Positions 22,751 to 36,758 of a stretch of 64,000 bases of DNA are shown here, piece by piece. The notes under the pieces were generated by a model. It saw nothing but the letters and a program-made list of their open reading frames with translations. It ran no database searches and was not told the origin of the DNA. Numbering within the stretch: position 1 is the first letter of the stretch; every line of letters begins with the position of its first letter. The stretch comes from Felis catus (Eukaryota): contig NC_058368.1 in NCBI RefSeq assembly GCF_018350175.1, forward strand, positions 170,564,001-170,628,000. The letters run 5' to 3'. Both the position numbers and the translations under genes were made by a program.

Positions 22751-24022
22751 AAAGCATTCCCAGTATAAAAGTATTGCCTAGTATATACTTAAGATACTAA
22801 GCATATAGGTAGTAATCATTACATTTATTATGGCAAAAACCTAGCTTGTGCTTTTCTTCAGACTGGAAGGTCACGCCATGTCCACCTTGGGGTAGAATAA
22901 TCCTGTCTGCTGAACTGTGGCATTGGTGACCTAACATTTAATCTTCGTTACTGGCTTTTCTCCTCCTACCCATTAATGTCTGTCCAGGGAAGGATGGGTG
23001 ACTGACTCAGATGATAGGAGAAGGGATTTTGTAAGCTCAGCTCAGTTCCTTTTCCCATTTCTCTGCTTTAGAGACTGTCATTGTCTAGTTTGCCATATGG
23101 TAATGACCTGCCTCTAGAGAGTGAGGACAGTGAGAGGGCTGAAGTCAACTGTTCTGCTAGGAATTGGTGAGCCAAGTGAGTTTAGTTCAAGAGAAAAGTA
23201 TTGGAAAGAGCATTTGGCTCCAGCTCTAAAGCCATGTTTTCCAGTCAAATTTTCCAGTGAAGAAAGTAGATATTTTGAATATATTATCTTGAAGTGTACT
23301 GTCTTTCCTAAACTTTTATCTTTTACCTAATTTAATTTGTATTAAGGTGGGAAAGTGGGGTATGATAAAATGTAATTAAAAAAAAATTGAAAGTCTAGCT
23401 CTCATACAAATATGTGATAAGCACATATGAAAGATATATTATTCACTCATTAATGGTGGAACTATCAGGAAAGTAAAGCTAGTTAAAAGGGAATATGAAA
23501 TTGAAGAAAAGTAAAAGAAAGACTGCTAAATAAGTTAGATATAAAACTAGTTCATGTTTTACAGAGCAATAAATTTCAAACTTTGGGATATCTTTTCTTC
23601 TAAAAAGAAATTATTTTATCTCTACTGAACAAAAAAAGTTGCAATTTATCAGTCTTCTCCAAGTAAACAACTTTGCAGAATTGGGGGCCTTAGTCAAAAG
23701 TAAATAGTATGTCAAAGTATCTTCTCTTATATCATCATATGATCCTTGTTGACAATGTAGCTTCTTAAACAATGATCTAGTATGGCTTCCAGAAGGAATG
23801 AAATAATCTTATTGTCATATTACCAAGTCTGGAGACTTTTTCTTCCTTAGCAGTTATTGTTTATCAGGATACCACAAATTCTGGAAGACAAGCACTCATT
23901 GAACAAAAATAAAAGAAAACACCTTGGGTTGGAATGTGGCCAACTGAAGGCAGCTGTCACTAACTGGACACCTTAACTACCACAAAAAAATTTCCTAAAA
24001 CTAATCCATATTCAATAGCACC

Positions 24023-24386
24023 TGTTATGGACTGAATGTTTGTGTTTCCCCAAGTTCATACGTTGAAATCCTGATTCCCCAGTGTGATGGTATGAAAAAG
24101 TGGAGTCTTTGGGAGATAATTAGGTCTGGAGAGTGGAACCCTCATGATGAGATTAGAGCCCTTGTTAGAACACATGAGAGCTTGCTTCCTCTTTCTCTGC
24201 TCTGCTGTCTGAGGATAAAAGAAAACAGCCATTTGCCAAACTGGAAGAGGCCCTTCACCAAATACCAGACCTACTGGTATTTTGATCTTGGGCTTCCTCA
24301 CCTCCGGAACTATGAAAAATAAATGTCTGTTGTTTAAGCCACCCAGCTATGGTATTCTGTTATAGCAGCCCAAATTGACTAAGGCA
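24023..24386 (+). mobile_element. MaLR solo LTR (MLT1A-like)
   Basis: tgttatggactgaatgtttgtgt...ttgtttaagccacccag...gactaaggca; 5-bp TSD gcacc/gcatc. Confidence 0.9.
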
Positions 24387-25491
24387 GCATCTTTATGGTG
24401 ATTGATGTGGGACAGAAATCTTTACCTTTTAGATAAGTAAGTTGCAAAATGTGCCTTCAGATTCTTAAATTGATTGACCTGTTTCATGGAGTTATTTACT
24501 GCCTGGACCATAGCATGTGTTTACGTAGGTGTTAGGCTCTGCTTTTATGGCCCATATGAATACTAAGAAGAATCTGATATAAATTATGGCTTTATTGTCA
24601 GTCATTAATGTTTAGCTCTTCTAACAAAAATGGACCAGAAAGTTTCCGTTTCTTCTTGAAACCACACCTGTTTCTATGCCATAAACATAGACCGAACATT
24701 TTTCTACCTCTTAGCCATACCTGGAAGCGATAGAGCTGTTGATCTAAAAAATGTATCTAGTCATCCACTTAAAGATAAGTGGAACTAGGACAGAAACCAT
24801 TTTATGCCATTTTGTAATGGAATGTGTTCTGTCAACTGCCTATTCCTAGTAACTCAGAGAATCACAATTATTTTTAGGAAAAAGATTCTGAGGGAGCAGT
24901 AATAGCCTGGTATCTATTTAAAGATGAAATAGCTAGGCTCTTTGATTGTTTCTTTTTATGGTATCAGGAATTGATAGCAGGGGTATAATCAGAAATTGTA
25001 TTATGATTCAAAACAGTGAAGAAAGTCTTAAATAACTTTGTAATTTTCTCAATTGTAATAGTTCAGTTATACGATATTTTGTCCAAGATCTTTTTGTACC
25101 TTTCATAGAATATTCAGTTGATAAATTTGGGCTAGCATACTGTGTGTAAAGTTGGTATAGATTTACAAGGAAATGCCTAAAGAAATTCAACGTTGTGCTT
25201 TTGAAATAGGAGAATGATTGCATAGTACAATGTGTCTGAGAAGCAGGCTTAAGGTATAGATAGATATTAATATATAGGCTGTGTGCTTGGCTTGCATTAA
25301 AATTATTTTGTATACTTATTTTACTGAGATGCATCAAGCTACATTCAAAGCTTGACATTTCCCTTTTCTTATGGAAGACAGTGGAAAGGAGCGTTGTTAA
25401 AGCAAAAGGTGCAAATTTTCCTCTTTATTTAAGGATATTAAATTTTGTCAGAGAGAGTGAGATAAAAAACAAGCAGATGGGAAACACTTAC

Positions 25492-25524
25492 CTCTGTTAA
25501 GAGGTAGGTAAGTTGGTAACCCAT
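25492..25524 (-). CDS. Candidate alternative first coding exon MGYQLTYLLTE| (phase 0)
   Basis: ATGGGT...ACA GAG|gtaagt (consensus donor) in a non-repeat, CpG-retaining island. Confidence 0.55.
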
Positions 25525-25766
25525 GAGGGATGTTACACAAATAAAGGAAGCAGAGAATACGTGTGTAGACACAGAAAGTGACGGAGGGAACAAGTAGACA
25601 CGAAGTATTTATACTACACTACCAATAGATGAGACCCTCCGTATTTGTGAGATCTTAAATCAACCATGTGGCACGCATTCCGGCCCTACCTATTCTCTGC
25701 CAGATTACAGACCATAGCTCTTCATGAGAATAATTGGCGAGCTGCACTGTGGCCATAGGCACTTAC

Positions 25767-25817
25767 CCCTAGAATAGCTTGCCTATTCTGTAGTGTACTT
25801 ACAGGCAACCGTTGCAT
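25767..25817 (-). CDS. Candidate alternative first coding exon with two in-frame donors: MQRLP| and MQRLPVSTLQNRQAILG| (both phase 0)
   Basis: CCT|gtaagt at 25803 and GGG|gtaagt at 25767, 36 nt apart, no stop between; CRE-like TGATGTCA just upstream. Confidence 0.55.
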
Positions 25818-26064
25818 CAAGGTAATTTCCTATGTGACATCAGGAGTTGAGAGAAAAGATATTTCAAAATGTTGGAACACTTTTCATATACCTCAGGCAA
25901 TTAGTTTTATGTTTGTATCCCTTTACATTTTCTCCCATCTTTTATAAATTTTTCTCTATAAAACGCATTGCTAATTCTTAAGTGAATCATTGATGGTAAT
26001 GGCATTTATGGTCCCTTCAGAGGTTTGGATCTGCAAGCTTCCTCTTCACCTAATTGTATGTTTT

Positions 26065-26230
26065 ATGTCCCTTTTTCTCCCTCCCTCACCCCTTCTTCTT
26101 TCTGTCCCTTCTTTCCTTCCTCCTTCTTTCCTTCCCCTCTCTCTCTCCCTCCCTCTCACTCTCTTTTTCTATTTTTCTCTCTTCTTCCTGTCTCTCTTCT
26201 TTATTTCTTTTGATCTCTTTGCTGCTTCTT
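26065..26230. repeat. CT-rich low-complexity tract
   Basis: Seen directly. Confidence 0.85.
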
Positions 26231-27455
26231 CCACATGGTTTATTTTAGAGGTGTCTTAAGGTCTTTTAATGGGATAAGCACAGCAAAATAGTATTTATGA
26301 AAATAGGTGAAAAAGAATAATGAAAATCTTGGGTGGAGATACAGCATGAAACTAAAAATACTACACACCACAGAGCTTGCCCTGTTCAAGTTGAGCCACA
26401 AGCTAAGTTCTAAGACTTCTGGATTTAATGTGAAAAGGAGAAACTGATCAGTCACTACATTCCCAGTGCTCAGGCACAGAACTGGTTTGAACAAAATTGG
26501 ATGCTGTTAGTAAGAAATAAAAGGTCACTGGGTAGGAAACTAGAAGTTTCTACCACATTCCATCCCTTTGGCTTTGTAACATTCATGTATACCCTTCGTC
26601 CTATAAATTGAATACTTTCCCAGCCCCTTCCCAAGTTAATCAGTCATACAGTGTGTGATATTTCTTCAGAAATAGAAATACAGTTCCCTCTAAACGTTAG
26701 TAGGCCTTCAGTCTCTTCCAGTCAATTCTACATGTGAACAACCACTGCCAGAGATCTTCTGAGTTACAATGTTAAGGCCTGAGAAATATTGGTTCCTAGT
26801 GACAAGTCTTTATTTTCCATACATCTTTTTCTCCTTTTAACTTAGTTGCCATTATCAATGTGAAATAATAAATCTGGAGGAAAGGAAACACGTTTTATCC
26901 CTTTTTACTGGCAGGTTTACTTCCTTTGTCTAGTAGAGAACATGAAAAAAGAACTGAGAACCCAATACCAGCCTCTGGTAAGGCCACTGCTTCAGCTCTG
27001 GTAGGAAAGGCTTCAGTTTGGGTAAGAAATCACATCATAGGCTTCTCAGACAACTTAGGTTCAGGCTGCAGGCAGAGACCTGCTCTCTTAGGTGTCAGAC
27101 TAACCAGCTCTTGTCTGAATTCATCTTTATCAGGCAGGACTTTGCAAAAATCATCAATAAATAACTCACATATTTTGAATTTTCCTATAATTTCCTCAAA
27201 TACTAGAGCTGGCATAAACTCAAAGTCTGGGCATGAAATCAAATGTTTAATCACCACATAAAAAAGATGATCAAATTTCCAGCTTGAAATGGGAGGGACC
27301 TAGTAGTCTCTCTCTCTGCTCTTCTTTACCTGGAAAATTCACATTTTTGTTTTTTTTATGTGCAGCATTCTGCTAGGTCCTGCATTTTGCATCTGTGAAT
27401 AATACACTTACAAGTAGCAGAAAACTTATTACAATGGCCTAATCAGATAGGTATT

Positions 27456-27878
27456 TGTATTGTAGGCTCAGGCTGCCATAACAAAAATACCACAGACTGG
27501 GTGGCTTAACCAACATTTTTTTTTTCTCATCCTTCTGGAGTCTGGGAAGTCTGAAATTAAGGTGCTGGTTGATTAGGTTTCTGGTAAGAGTTCTTTTTCT
27601 GGCTTGCTGATGGCTGCCTTCTCTCTATCCTCACATGGAAGGGGTAAGGAGATATCTTTGTCTCTCTCTGTAAGTCCAATTAAACTTTGATTTCATGCAT
27701 AGAGAGAAACATATCTTTTCCTCTCCAGAGGTCACTAATTCTATCTGGTTAGGGTCCCACCCTTATTACCTTGTTTAATCTTAATTATTTCCTAACGGTC
27801 CCATTCCCAAATCCTGTCGCACTGGGGATTAGGGCTTCAGCATATGAATTTGGGAGGGGGGACATAATTCAGTCCAGA
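27456..27878 (-). mobile_element. MaLR LTR (MLT1A/B-like)
   Basis: ggctgccataacaaaaataccacagactgggtggcttaa...agggcttcagcatatgaatttggg...ataattcagtcca. Confidence 0.88.
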
Positions 27879-29987
27879 ATTAGGTTCTCCCTCTCCCCAC
27901 TTCTAGAGGAAAGGATTTCAGGAGTGGTGTAGTAGCTCCATGATGTCCCCACTGTCTCAGGCTCCATCTGTTTCCCTACCTTAGCTTATGTTCTGTTCCA
28001 CTGGTCACAAGATGCTTACTTCACATGTTCTCAGCTTGCTGGCAGAAAGATGATGAAAGGTCGTATGTTTATCAGAAAGCAGATTTTTTTTCCCCAAGAA
28101 ATTCTGAGCAGAGTCTTACATCCCATTGGTGAGAATTGTGTCACAGGGGGAGACCCCTAACTGAGGGGGTAGAGTGTTAAACATTGAGTTTTGTAACTTG
28201 GGATAATTTTACTTGAAACAAAATTGGAATTCTATTAGTGAGGAAGAAGCGATGAATGGATGTGGAGAAGGCAGCTCTCAGTGTTTGTCACAGTGTCCCT
28301 TAGGTGGATAATAATACCCAAAGCATATTTCAGCTAAAAAAATCTGGAGTGGGGTGCTTCTAATATAACATATTCTGGATCTATAACCTTTTATATTTTT
28401 ATTTCATCCGCAGGAGTATTTTGAAGTTTTCTCTGTAAATATCCTTATAAATATTTTTTCTGTATTAAGGCACAGTTTGAACCACCATGGCTTTCATATT
28501 CAGGCCCAGCATCAGATTTTAGTAGCTAGTACTATTCTCTACTTAAAAGAACTAAGAAGAAAAAGGTGGCTGAATCTATGTATTTGGGACCAGAAAAGCA
28601 AAAATAAAAACATGTCTTCCCTCTCATAAATCACAATTACCTTCTGAGAGGAGAAGGTACTCTGCATTGGTTCTCTGTAGAAGTCTCCTCCCAATGCAAG
28701 GACTGAGCTACAATATCACATTTCGCCAGTAGGTGACAACACCACCTAACACATGAAGGAAGATTCCTGACTAGAAATCCCTCCAGTTTGAGACACTAAT
28801 TGTTTACAGTCCTTATTTGTTTATAGATCTCTCATTTTCTTTTCAAGACTCTAATAGAATTGGATCAACATTCTGAGTGAGATGATAGCCTGCTGATGCA
28901 ATAAACTAAACTAAATACGGGACAAATGCAACACCCCTCGTAGGTAAGGAAGCTTTAAAACAAATAAGAGATCTCAATATACAATGCTTTGCCTCCCTGA
29001 TAGTAACCAAACAAGGGCTTAAAAGGATGGGGAAGTAGAGGATGTTGGGTGAAGGATACTTAATGGTATATTTTGGGGATTTCCTCCTGGAATGCCAAAG
29101 ATTACATCTGTAGCAGCCCACTCCACCTACACATAGGCTCTACATGAATAATCTTATCTATTGGAAAAGTGACTGTGGAGTTGCTTCGTAAGTTTTTCCA
29201 GGGAAAGAGGTGTGTGTGCACGCACATGTGTGTATGTGTGTGTGTTCATTTTGGGGAGCAGGGAGTAGAAAGGAAAAGTCAGAATGTTTGAAGCTTATCT
29301 TTTACTCTGAAAACATTTGATTAAAAATTGGCCATTACATTGTTGGAAAAATAGGAAACATATAACTTTGATTTCTATAAATGTAATTTACATTTATGTA
29401 GCACCTATTCTAAGCTATATGCTTCACACACAGCCTGCTTCAAATTTTATCTCTTTACCTAATCTCATTAAAATGTTGGTTAATAGTTTATAACTTTTCA
29501 CCAAAAATTGTGGAAATTACTGAAATTATTCCTAGATATAAAAAAATGTTTTCCCAAGTCTGAAGATGGTCATTTTCTAATTGTGTTTTTTTTTTTTAGA
29601 AGTCAAATTGTACTATGAATTGCTCAGAGTCATCTTTTATTTCCACAACAAAATGTATCCGTGGCATTTACTATTAAAAATATCTTATTGGAATCAGGGC
29701 TCAGTCGATAGTTTAAGTTAACCAGAAAGCAGCAATAAGGGAGGCTGTCACCATCCTCCCTTTTTTACCCATTCTAGTTGTTTTTCAGACAAGTTTCAGT
29801 GAGCTGACTATTAAGCTGTGTCTTCTTGGGTTGGGAGGCCAGGTCTATTTCAAGGCTGTTTTAAGGCTGTTTCAAGGATGTCTCAAGGCTGCTGTGCCAT
29901 ACACATAAACACAGGAACAGACTGATAACTGAACAATAATAAGAACCATGGTAAAATAATGTACTTAAAATGCATAATTAAAAAAAA

Positions 29988-30212
29988 GGGGGGGGCTCCT
30001 GGGTGGCTCAGTCGGTTGAGCGTCCAACTTCAGCTCAGGTCATGATCTCACAGCTCGTGAATTCTAGCCCCGCATTGGGCTCTTTGCTGACAGCTCAGAG
30101 CCTGGAACCTGCTTCAGATTCTGTGTCTCCCTCTCTCTCTGCCCCTACCCCACTTGCATTCTGTCACTCTCTCAAAAATAAACATTAAAAAAAAAGTTAA
30201 AAAAACAAAAAA
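29988..30212 (+). mobile_element. SINEC_Fc
   Basis: tRNA-like head, CT tract, A tail. Confidence 0.93.
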
Positions 30213-30264
30213 ATGTTGGTTAATGGTAAGATGAAGCAGAGTCTCAAAGGCATCATCAGAGGGA

Positions 30265-30420
30265 TTGGCAAGTGAAGACTAGATTCTAATGACAGTCCTA
30301 CCACTGCCCCAACTAAATAGAGTTACCTTGGGGAAGTTGCTTAATTTGTTAGACTTTAGTATTTTTTGGATGAAAGCCTATGAAATTGCTATTTTTGTAG
30401 ATAAATAAGATAAGAGGTCA
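30265..30420 (+). mobile_element. MIR-like remnant
   Basis: 'gttaccttggggaagttgcttaattt...ctttagtatt' core. Confidence 0.45.
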
Positions 30421-31822
30421 GCAATTTAATGAGACTGTTGGGCCAGTATGACCACATGACACATCATGTCTGTTATTTTCCATAATTATAATTTGATAAC
30501 CACCATGATCTCCATGATCAGTGGTGATGAGGATGCAAGATCAGAGAAGTCAGTTGATCTCTTGGAAGCTACCTTACTTAATGTCTCTGTGGGATGATTC
30601 CACCCAACCAGAAGCATGCTAAGAGGATTTTCTCTTGTGTGTGCCAGGTCAGAGCCTTTAAACTTGTATACAAAAAGCAAGAAAACATTAAGTCTTAGAA
30701 TAGCATACTGTAGTCTGGACACGTGACAGATTTAAAGTATGAGGGCAGAGAACCCAAGGGAATTGATCTGAATTTTATTTTCCTTTTGCCTTCCATCCCA
30801 ATTACAATACCATTTCTAGGACTGGCTGTCTCATGGAAAGCCCACAGATCTCTTTGTTGTAATCAGGATGGGAAGCCTAATGTTTTAGGATTCGGTAATT
30901 ATCTTTCCATCAGCATTTCCCCCAGGGACTGACTGCAGTATTTAGAAAACTCTCCTTAAGGAAATGAAGTTGTTCTGATTTAAAAGTTGTGGTTTCTACT
31001 GGAACTTGTGTGGTCTCTAGCATCAGAAGTTTAGGCAAGGAAGCAAGGGGAAGGAGCAAGTGGGCTTCTAGCCTCCAGAGCTGTGAGAAAATGAAGTTCT
31101 GTTGTTTAAGCCACTCAGTATGTGGTATTTTGTTGTAGTAGCCTGAGCAGACTAATCTAGCAAGGAGTTCATTGGGAGAAAAAATCAGAACCCAGATTGA
31201 GGTAGTAGCTTTGGGTTTAGAGAAAGAGACAAACTAATGAAGTATAGTAAACAGGATTTAGTGATCTATTGCATTTGAGGTGTAAGAGAGAAGGAGAAGT
31301 CTAGGCCAACCCCAAGATTTCGTATCTGGGTAGATACGATTTCACTGAAAGAAGTGGTGAACTTGTGAGTGTGTGTGCATGTGTGCATGTGTATGTGTAT
31401 GTGTGTATTAGTTAGCATAAGGCTAAGAAGCTATAAAAAACAAAGACGCCCAATAATTTTTCTGTTGCTTACAAAGATAGACCTTTATTTCTCATATATC
31501 AGTACAAGATCAGCATTCCAGATTGGTGGGTACCCCTGTTTCTCAATGACCCAGGTTCCTAGGTTGCTTCTTCATCCCTCAAAGCCTTGTCATCATCTAC
31601 ATGGTTGAAGGGGGTTGACACAGATTCCAGCTGTTGCAAATGTGAGAGAAAATGAAATATGGAGGAAACAGATCTGTACATCGTAAGTCTCAGAGCTGGA
31701 AGTGGCACAATCACATCTGTTCACATTGCTTTCAAGAGAAATTGACAATGTGGTCACAACTAACATTAAGAAAAGCTAGGAAATTTTGTATGCCTGGGAA
31801 ACCCATGCCAAGCTAAAATTCT

Positions 31823-32003
31823 ATTTTCTTTTTTTTTTAATATGAAATTTATTGTCAAATTGGTTTCCATACAACACCCAGTGCTCATTCCAACAGGTGC
31901 CCTCCTCAATGCCCATCACCCACCCTCCCCACCCTCCCACCCCCCCATCAAACCTCAGTTTATTCTCAGTTTTTAAGAGTCTCTTATGGTTTGGCTCCCT
32001 CCC
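31823..32003 (-). mobile_element. Very short L1_Fc 3' fragment
   Basis: polyT followed by aatatgaaatttattgtcaaattggtttccatacaacacccag. Confidence 0.92.
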
Positions 32004-32116
32004 TTTCTATAGAAGGAAAAGGTAATGGATTTTGATGGGCAGTAAGCAATCTCTGCCATAGTAAGTGAAGATGGCTAACGATAAATATTTAGGAGCCATT
32101 AAACTATGAGAATGGA

Positions 32117-32310
32117 GGGGCACTTGGGTGGCTCAGTAGGTTAAAGCACCCAACTCTTGATTTCAGCCCAGGTCATCATCTCTCTGTCATGAGATCAAGC
32201 CCTGAGTCAGCTCCTTGCTGGGCGTGGAGCCTGCTTGAGATTCTCTCTCTCCCATGCCCTCTGCCCTCTCTCTCTCTCTCTGTCTCTCTCAAAAAACACA
32301 AAAACAAAAA
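32117..32310 (+). mobile_element. Can-SINE
   Basis: TSD aaactatgagaatggag. Confidence 0.95.
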
Positions 32311-33720
32311 AACTATGAGAATGGAGGAGATCTCAAGAGACTGGGCATAGATGAGAAAATAATGCACAAAAGGAAACACCAAAATTTTGAAGAGGAGCCC
32401 ATGCAGGAGATCAAGAAGAACTGGACACGTCCTTATCTTTTCAGGCAGACATTTATCATTCTTTTAGTCTACCCAGCATCTAAGCTCTCTTCCTATGTTT
32501 GAGGAATTTCTCACTTCACGAATTTTGGTAGGAGGAGAACCATCTCCAGATAGATGTGATGAGGCCAGGTACTTCTCTCCCAGCTGTCTTTGTATCAAGT
32601 GTGTAAGCATATGGTGTAACTCTGCCAACCAGGTGTGTCTACTCAATCTCTAAGTTGCAACCTAATAAGATAGAGCATGGGAAACTGGGGAATCCCTTAG
32701 CAACAGTGGTAATTGCAGTGGCATGGAGTATCCAGGGCAGCCCTGCAGTAGTAAGTACTAGGGCAGTGTCCACACCCAGTGCTGGTGATGTTGGCTATAC
32801 AAGCTAAAGTATTGGTGCTTGTGACAATAACGATAGCATTGGTATCTCAAGCAGGTTACTTCTGCTGGATTATTTTAAGTATTGCTCCTGTCTGCATAGC
32901 CTGTGACCTGCCTTCTTCTGCTTCTTAGATTCCTCAGATCAATGCAATAGCATTGCAATAAATTCCCCCCTTCTTTTCCTTAAAAAAAAATACAATCTCT
33001 TTCTTGTATATCTTTTTTCAAATGCAAATTTTGGTTTGTCTTTTCCTTTTTAGAAGTCCAGTGAGTATGTTTTAGAATATTATCTAAGAAGGAAGCATTT
33101 TTCCCAGAAAATTTTGAGGATCTAGATATGTCTAAAATGATATGCATGTGCATAATGTAGGTCATGAGATGTATGTTGTAGTTGGTTACAAAACCCTTCC
33201 CATGTTCAGGCAGGCAAACCCACAAATCATTATTATTTAGAAAATGTTGTAGGTTTTGTTTTTACTAATACAGGCTGGTGGTTTTGTAGGATTGCATGAA
33301 CATTGATTTAGATCACAAGAGAAGCTGGGCAAGTTCTTTCAGCAGCGGTTAAGTAATGGGAAGTGCAGAAGAAACGTTAAGCTGCTAATGATGCAGATTT
33401 CAAACGTGATTTAAAATTCATTTTCCCCGTCAGTTGATGGTATCAGAAGTTAACCTATTCCCATGGGAATAAGTATATACTTTATAATTACAGATTTCAT
33501 ATTTCTTTATCCATTTCTGGGCTTAACTGTTAAGATAAATTCTTTCTGATTAGAAGGACACAGATTTAAATAGAGATAGAAGATAGCTGATTATTCCATC
33601 AAAACCGAACTCTATTGTGGCATTATGATTATTTTTTAAAAACTTACTCTTTATGTTCCCAACTTCTTACCTTCTTCTAACTCTTTTTTCTACCTTTATT
33701 TACGAAGAACCTAAAAAAAA

Positions 33721-33935
33721 TTTTTTTAACATGTATTTATTTTTGAGAGAGAGAGAAAGCGTGAGCGTGCGCAAGTACAAGTGGGGGAGGGGCAGATAGA
33801 GGGAGACAGAGGATCGGAAGCAGGCTATGTGCTGTGAGTGCCCGATGTGGGGCTCGAATTCATGAACCTCAAGGTCATGACCTGAGCCGAAATCAAGAGT
33901 CATCCACTTAGCCATCTGAGCCACCCAGGTGGCCC
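33721..33935 (-). mobile_element. Can-SINE
   Basis: polyT, GA tract, head ends ccacccaggtggccc. Confidence 0.9.
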
Positions 33936-34279
33936 AGTTACCAAGAACTTTTAAAGTGGGCATCCACTTCTCTATTTCTCATTCCCATCATTGGTCCTTT
34001 GTAAGTTATCCAACCATTCTCTTCATTTTTCATTTGAAGAAACTGAATAATTTTGGAAGTTTATGTATATGCTTATTTACTCAACAAGGCAATCTTAGCT
34101 GTGAAGACAGAGGCCTTTAATATGTTTGGGTTTTGAATGAATGAATGACTGAATGAAACAACAAACTGTAGGTCATGGATGAGGTCCAACAGGGGAGGAT
34201 TGAAAAAATAAATTTACTTCTAGCCATTGCTATTCTGTGTCTGAATTCCTAGTCTGAAATTTACCCAATCACTGCTCCT

Positions 34280-34461
34280 GTCTCTCTCTCTCTATCTCTC
34301 TCCCACCCCTTCTCTCCCTCTCTCCCTGTCTCTCTCTCTTTTATTTAACTTCATGCCTGGCATGGAGCCCAGTGCAGGGCTTGAACTCACGACCCTGAGA
34401 TTATTACCTGAGCTGAGATTAGGAGTTGAACACTTAACCAACTGAGCCACCCAGGTGCCCC
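34280..34461 (-). mobile_element. Short Can-SINE with adjacent CT repeat
   Basis: Head ends ccaggtgcccc; TSD tcactgct. Confidence 0.8.
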
Positions 34462-35319
34462 TCACTGCTTCTCTTATATGGAAATGAGAATATTACTTTT
34501 AGGATATAATGACTAAGAGTGGAGCTGGGCTTATGCCCCAGGGATCTGAGTTCATACCCATTATTATAATTTAGGCTGCTCCCTGTCCATCAATGAGGTG
34601 GGGGTGGGGCATCAGTCCACAGCACAACCGTAGGGAGAGTTCTTGCTGCACACCTGTCACACAGCCTTTGATGCTCTCCATCTCCACTCCACCCCACCCC
34701 ATGAGTTTTGTAAGCCTTTGGAGTCAGAACATCTGGCAGCCTACATGGATGGCACCTAGAATTATGTTGCTATTTTGATTCCCTACAGTGCACAGTTCAG
34801 TTCTCTTCACCTAAATATTTCTCTACCTTGAGGCTTTACTGAAAAATAGTTTCTTATCCTTGAGTATCCCTAAAACTTCATTGGCTTCCCAGTTATTTCT
34901 AATATTTATTTTTATTATCTAAAGACTGTTGGAAAGAGTTTTGAAAATAGAAACAGGCTCCTGGCAATTCGTTTCTATCCTGCTAAAGACTTATGAAGTT
35001 TATCTAGTAAAATTACTGGCAAAAATGAAAACATGGACTTTATACAACTTACAGCAGGCAAAAAAAATATTCCAATGATGTAAATGTCTCAATACTGGTA
35101 GATAACCTTGATTATCAACAGGGACTTTGACATCAACTATATCAACAGGGACTTTAAGCCTTCCTCCTGCCTCAGTGCTAGAATCCTGAGAAATCTGGGG
35201 CAGGGTGGGGGGGTGCTTTGCTCTTGACTGAATCATTGCAGAGGTTATTGCTGATGACATTCAGGACCACAATTCAGTGTTTTTTGAAACACCAGTGTAA
35301 TTATTTTTTATAAGAATTA

Positions 35320-35465
35320 AGGAGAGAAAGATAAATAGGAAGGAAAAGATGAAGGAAAGGAAAGGAGGCTGAGAAGAGGAAAGGCACTGAGGAGGAAAGG
35401 AGAGCTGGGAGAGAAGATGCAGGAACAGAGGGAAGAAGATGGGGAAGAGACAGAAGAAAAAATGT
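35320..35465. repeat. GA-rich purine tract
   Basis: Seen directly. Confidence 0.8.
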
Positions 35466-36540
35466 CAGAAAGATGATAACTGCTATTCTTACAGAATTCC
35501 AGATGCAGATTTCTGTTCCTGTTAGCCTAGGCTGCCTTCCATTATCTCCAGAATTGAAAGAATTGGCCTCTCTTATGAGAATCTCAGCTTGCCTTTTTGG
35601 CTTTAAACAAGTAAGGGGAAACTTGACACAATGTTTTAGGGTCTTTGTTGTTCCTCATCGGAGAGCCTGCTTTGCAGGCTTGTTGGGGTCCAAACAGTTA
35701 TCTCAGATAAAAGTAATTTTATGTCTCAACTTTTGCTTTTATATTGTGTCCAAAACAGGTTTGGATAATACATCTGACTCATTGGGATGATCTGCCTCAC
35801 TCAGACCAGAAAAGCTTGTGTCTCCTATACATTAGACTGTAGTTTTGGGTGTAGTTTTTTTAGAAATATGTTGAACTTACTAGGAGTCAAGAAATGGGGC
35901 TTATACTCTCAATCCTTGGGCTTAGTAACTGTTAGTAACTTGGTTTTGGGCAGTTCACCTAAGTTCCCTGGTTCATTTGAGCATCCATACCATGATCAAA
36001 TTGAATTAATCCTCCTCATTTTGAACATTACACAATTGAATGATTTCAGACATTTCTTGAGATTCCATACATGTCAGGTTTGAGGAGACCTAGGCCATAC
36101 AGAAACGAACACAGTAGCTGTACATTGTCCTAGAAAGTGTGGTGAAGAGCAGTTTCTAGAAGGCCTAATTTAAATGCCAGTACTTTCAGTTAACCTTAGG
36201 CCACCTTAGTTAATCCTTATTCCAAACTTAATCTTTGTGTCTTAAGAGAAAAAAAATGGTAATATAACTAATCCTAGTTTAAGATCAACCCTTGAAAGGG
36301 TAGGAGTAACCTGGCTCTCCCCTGACCTGTGTCCAGTCCAGTAAAGAGGGCGCATACTGTCTCCGTTCCTTTTTTCCAGTTTGCTGTAACACTGAGACCA
36401 CCTCACCTGCTGCAAGGTTGCTGCTGCCCTCACCAAGGCCATCCTTTACTTTGTTACTGTGAAATTCAGGACATTTTTTTCTGGCCTTGCTGGTTTTTTT
36501 TCTGTGGTGTGGGCTACAGTCTTCTACTTCCTCTTTCTTT

Positions 36541-36758
36541 TTTAAAAAAAATTTTTTTTTAACGTTTATTTATTATTGAGAGACAGAGACAGAGCATGAG
36601 TATGGGAGGGGTAGAGAAAGGAAGTGACACAGAATCTAAAGCAGGCCCCACGCTCTGAGCTGTCAGCACAGAGCCCGACGTGGGTCCGAACTCACGGACC
36701 ACGAGATCATGACCTGAGCCGAAGTCAGACGGTCAACCGACTGAGCCACCCAGGTGCC
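36541..36758 (-). mobile_element. SINEC_Fc
   Basis: TSD ctacttcctctttctt. Confidence 0.95.

Noticed and set aside
35112..35156. Direct repeat tatcaacagggacttt x2
   Set aside because: Simple local duplication; two copies only, no array or CRISPR-like structure
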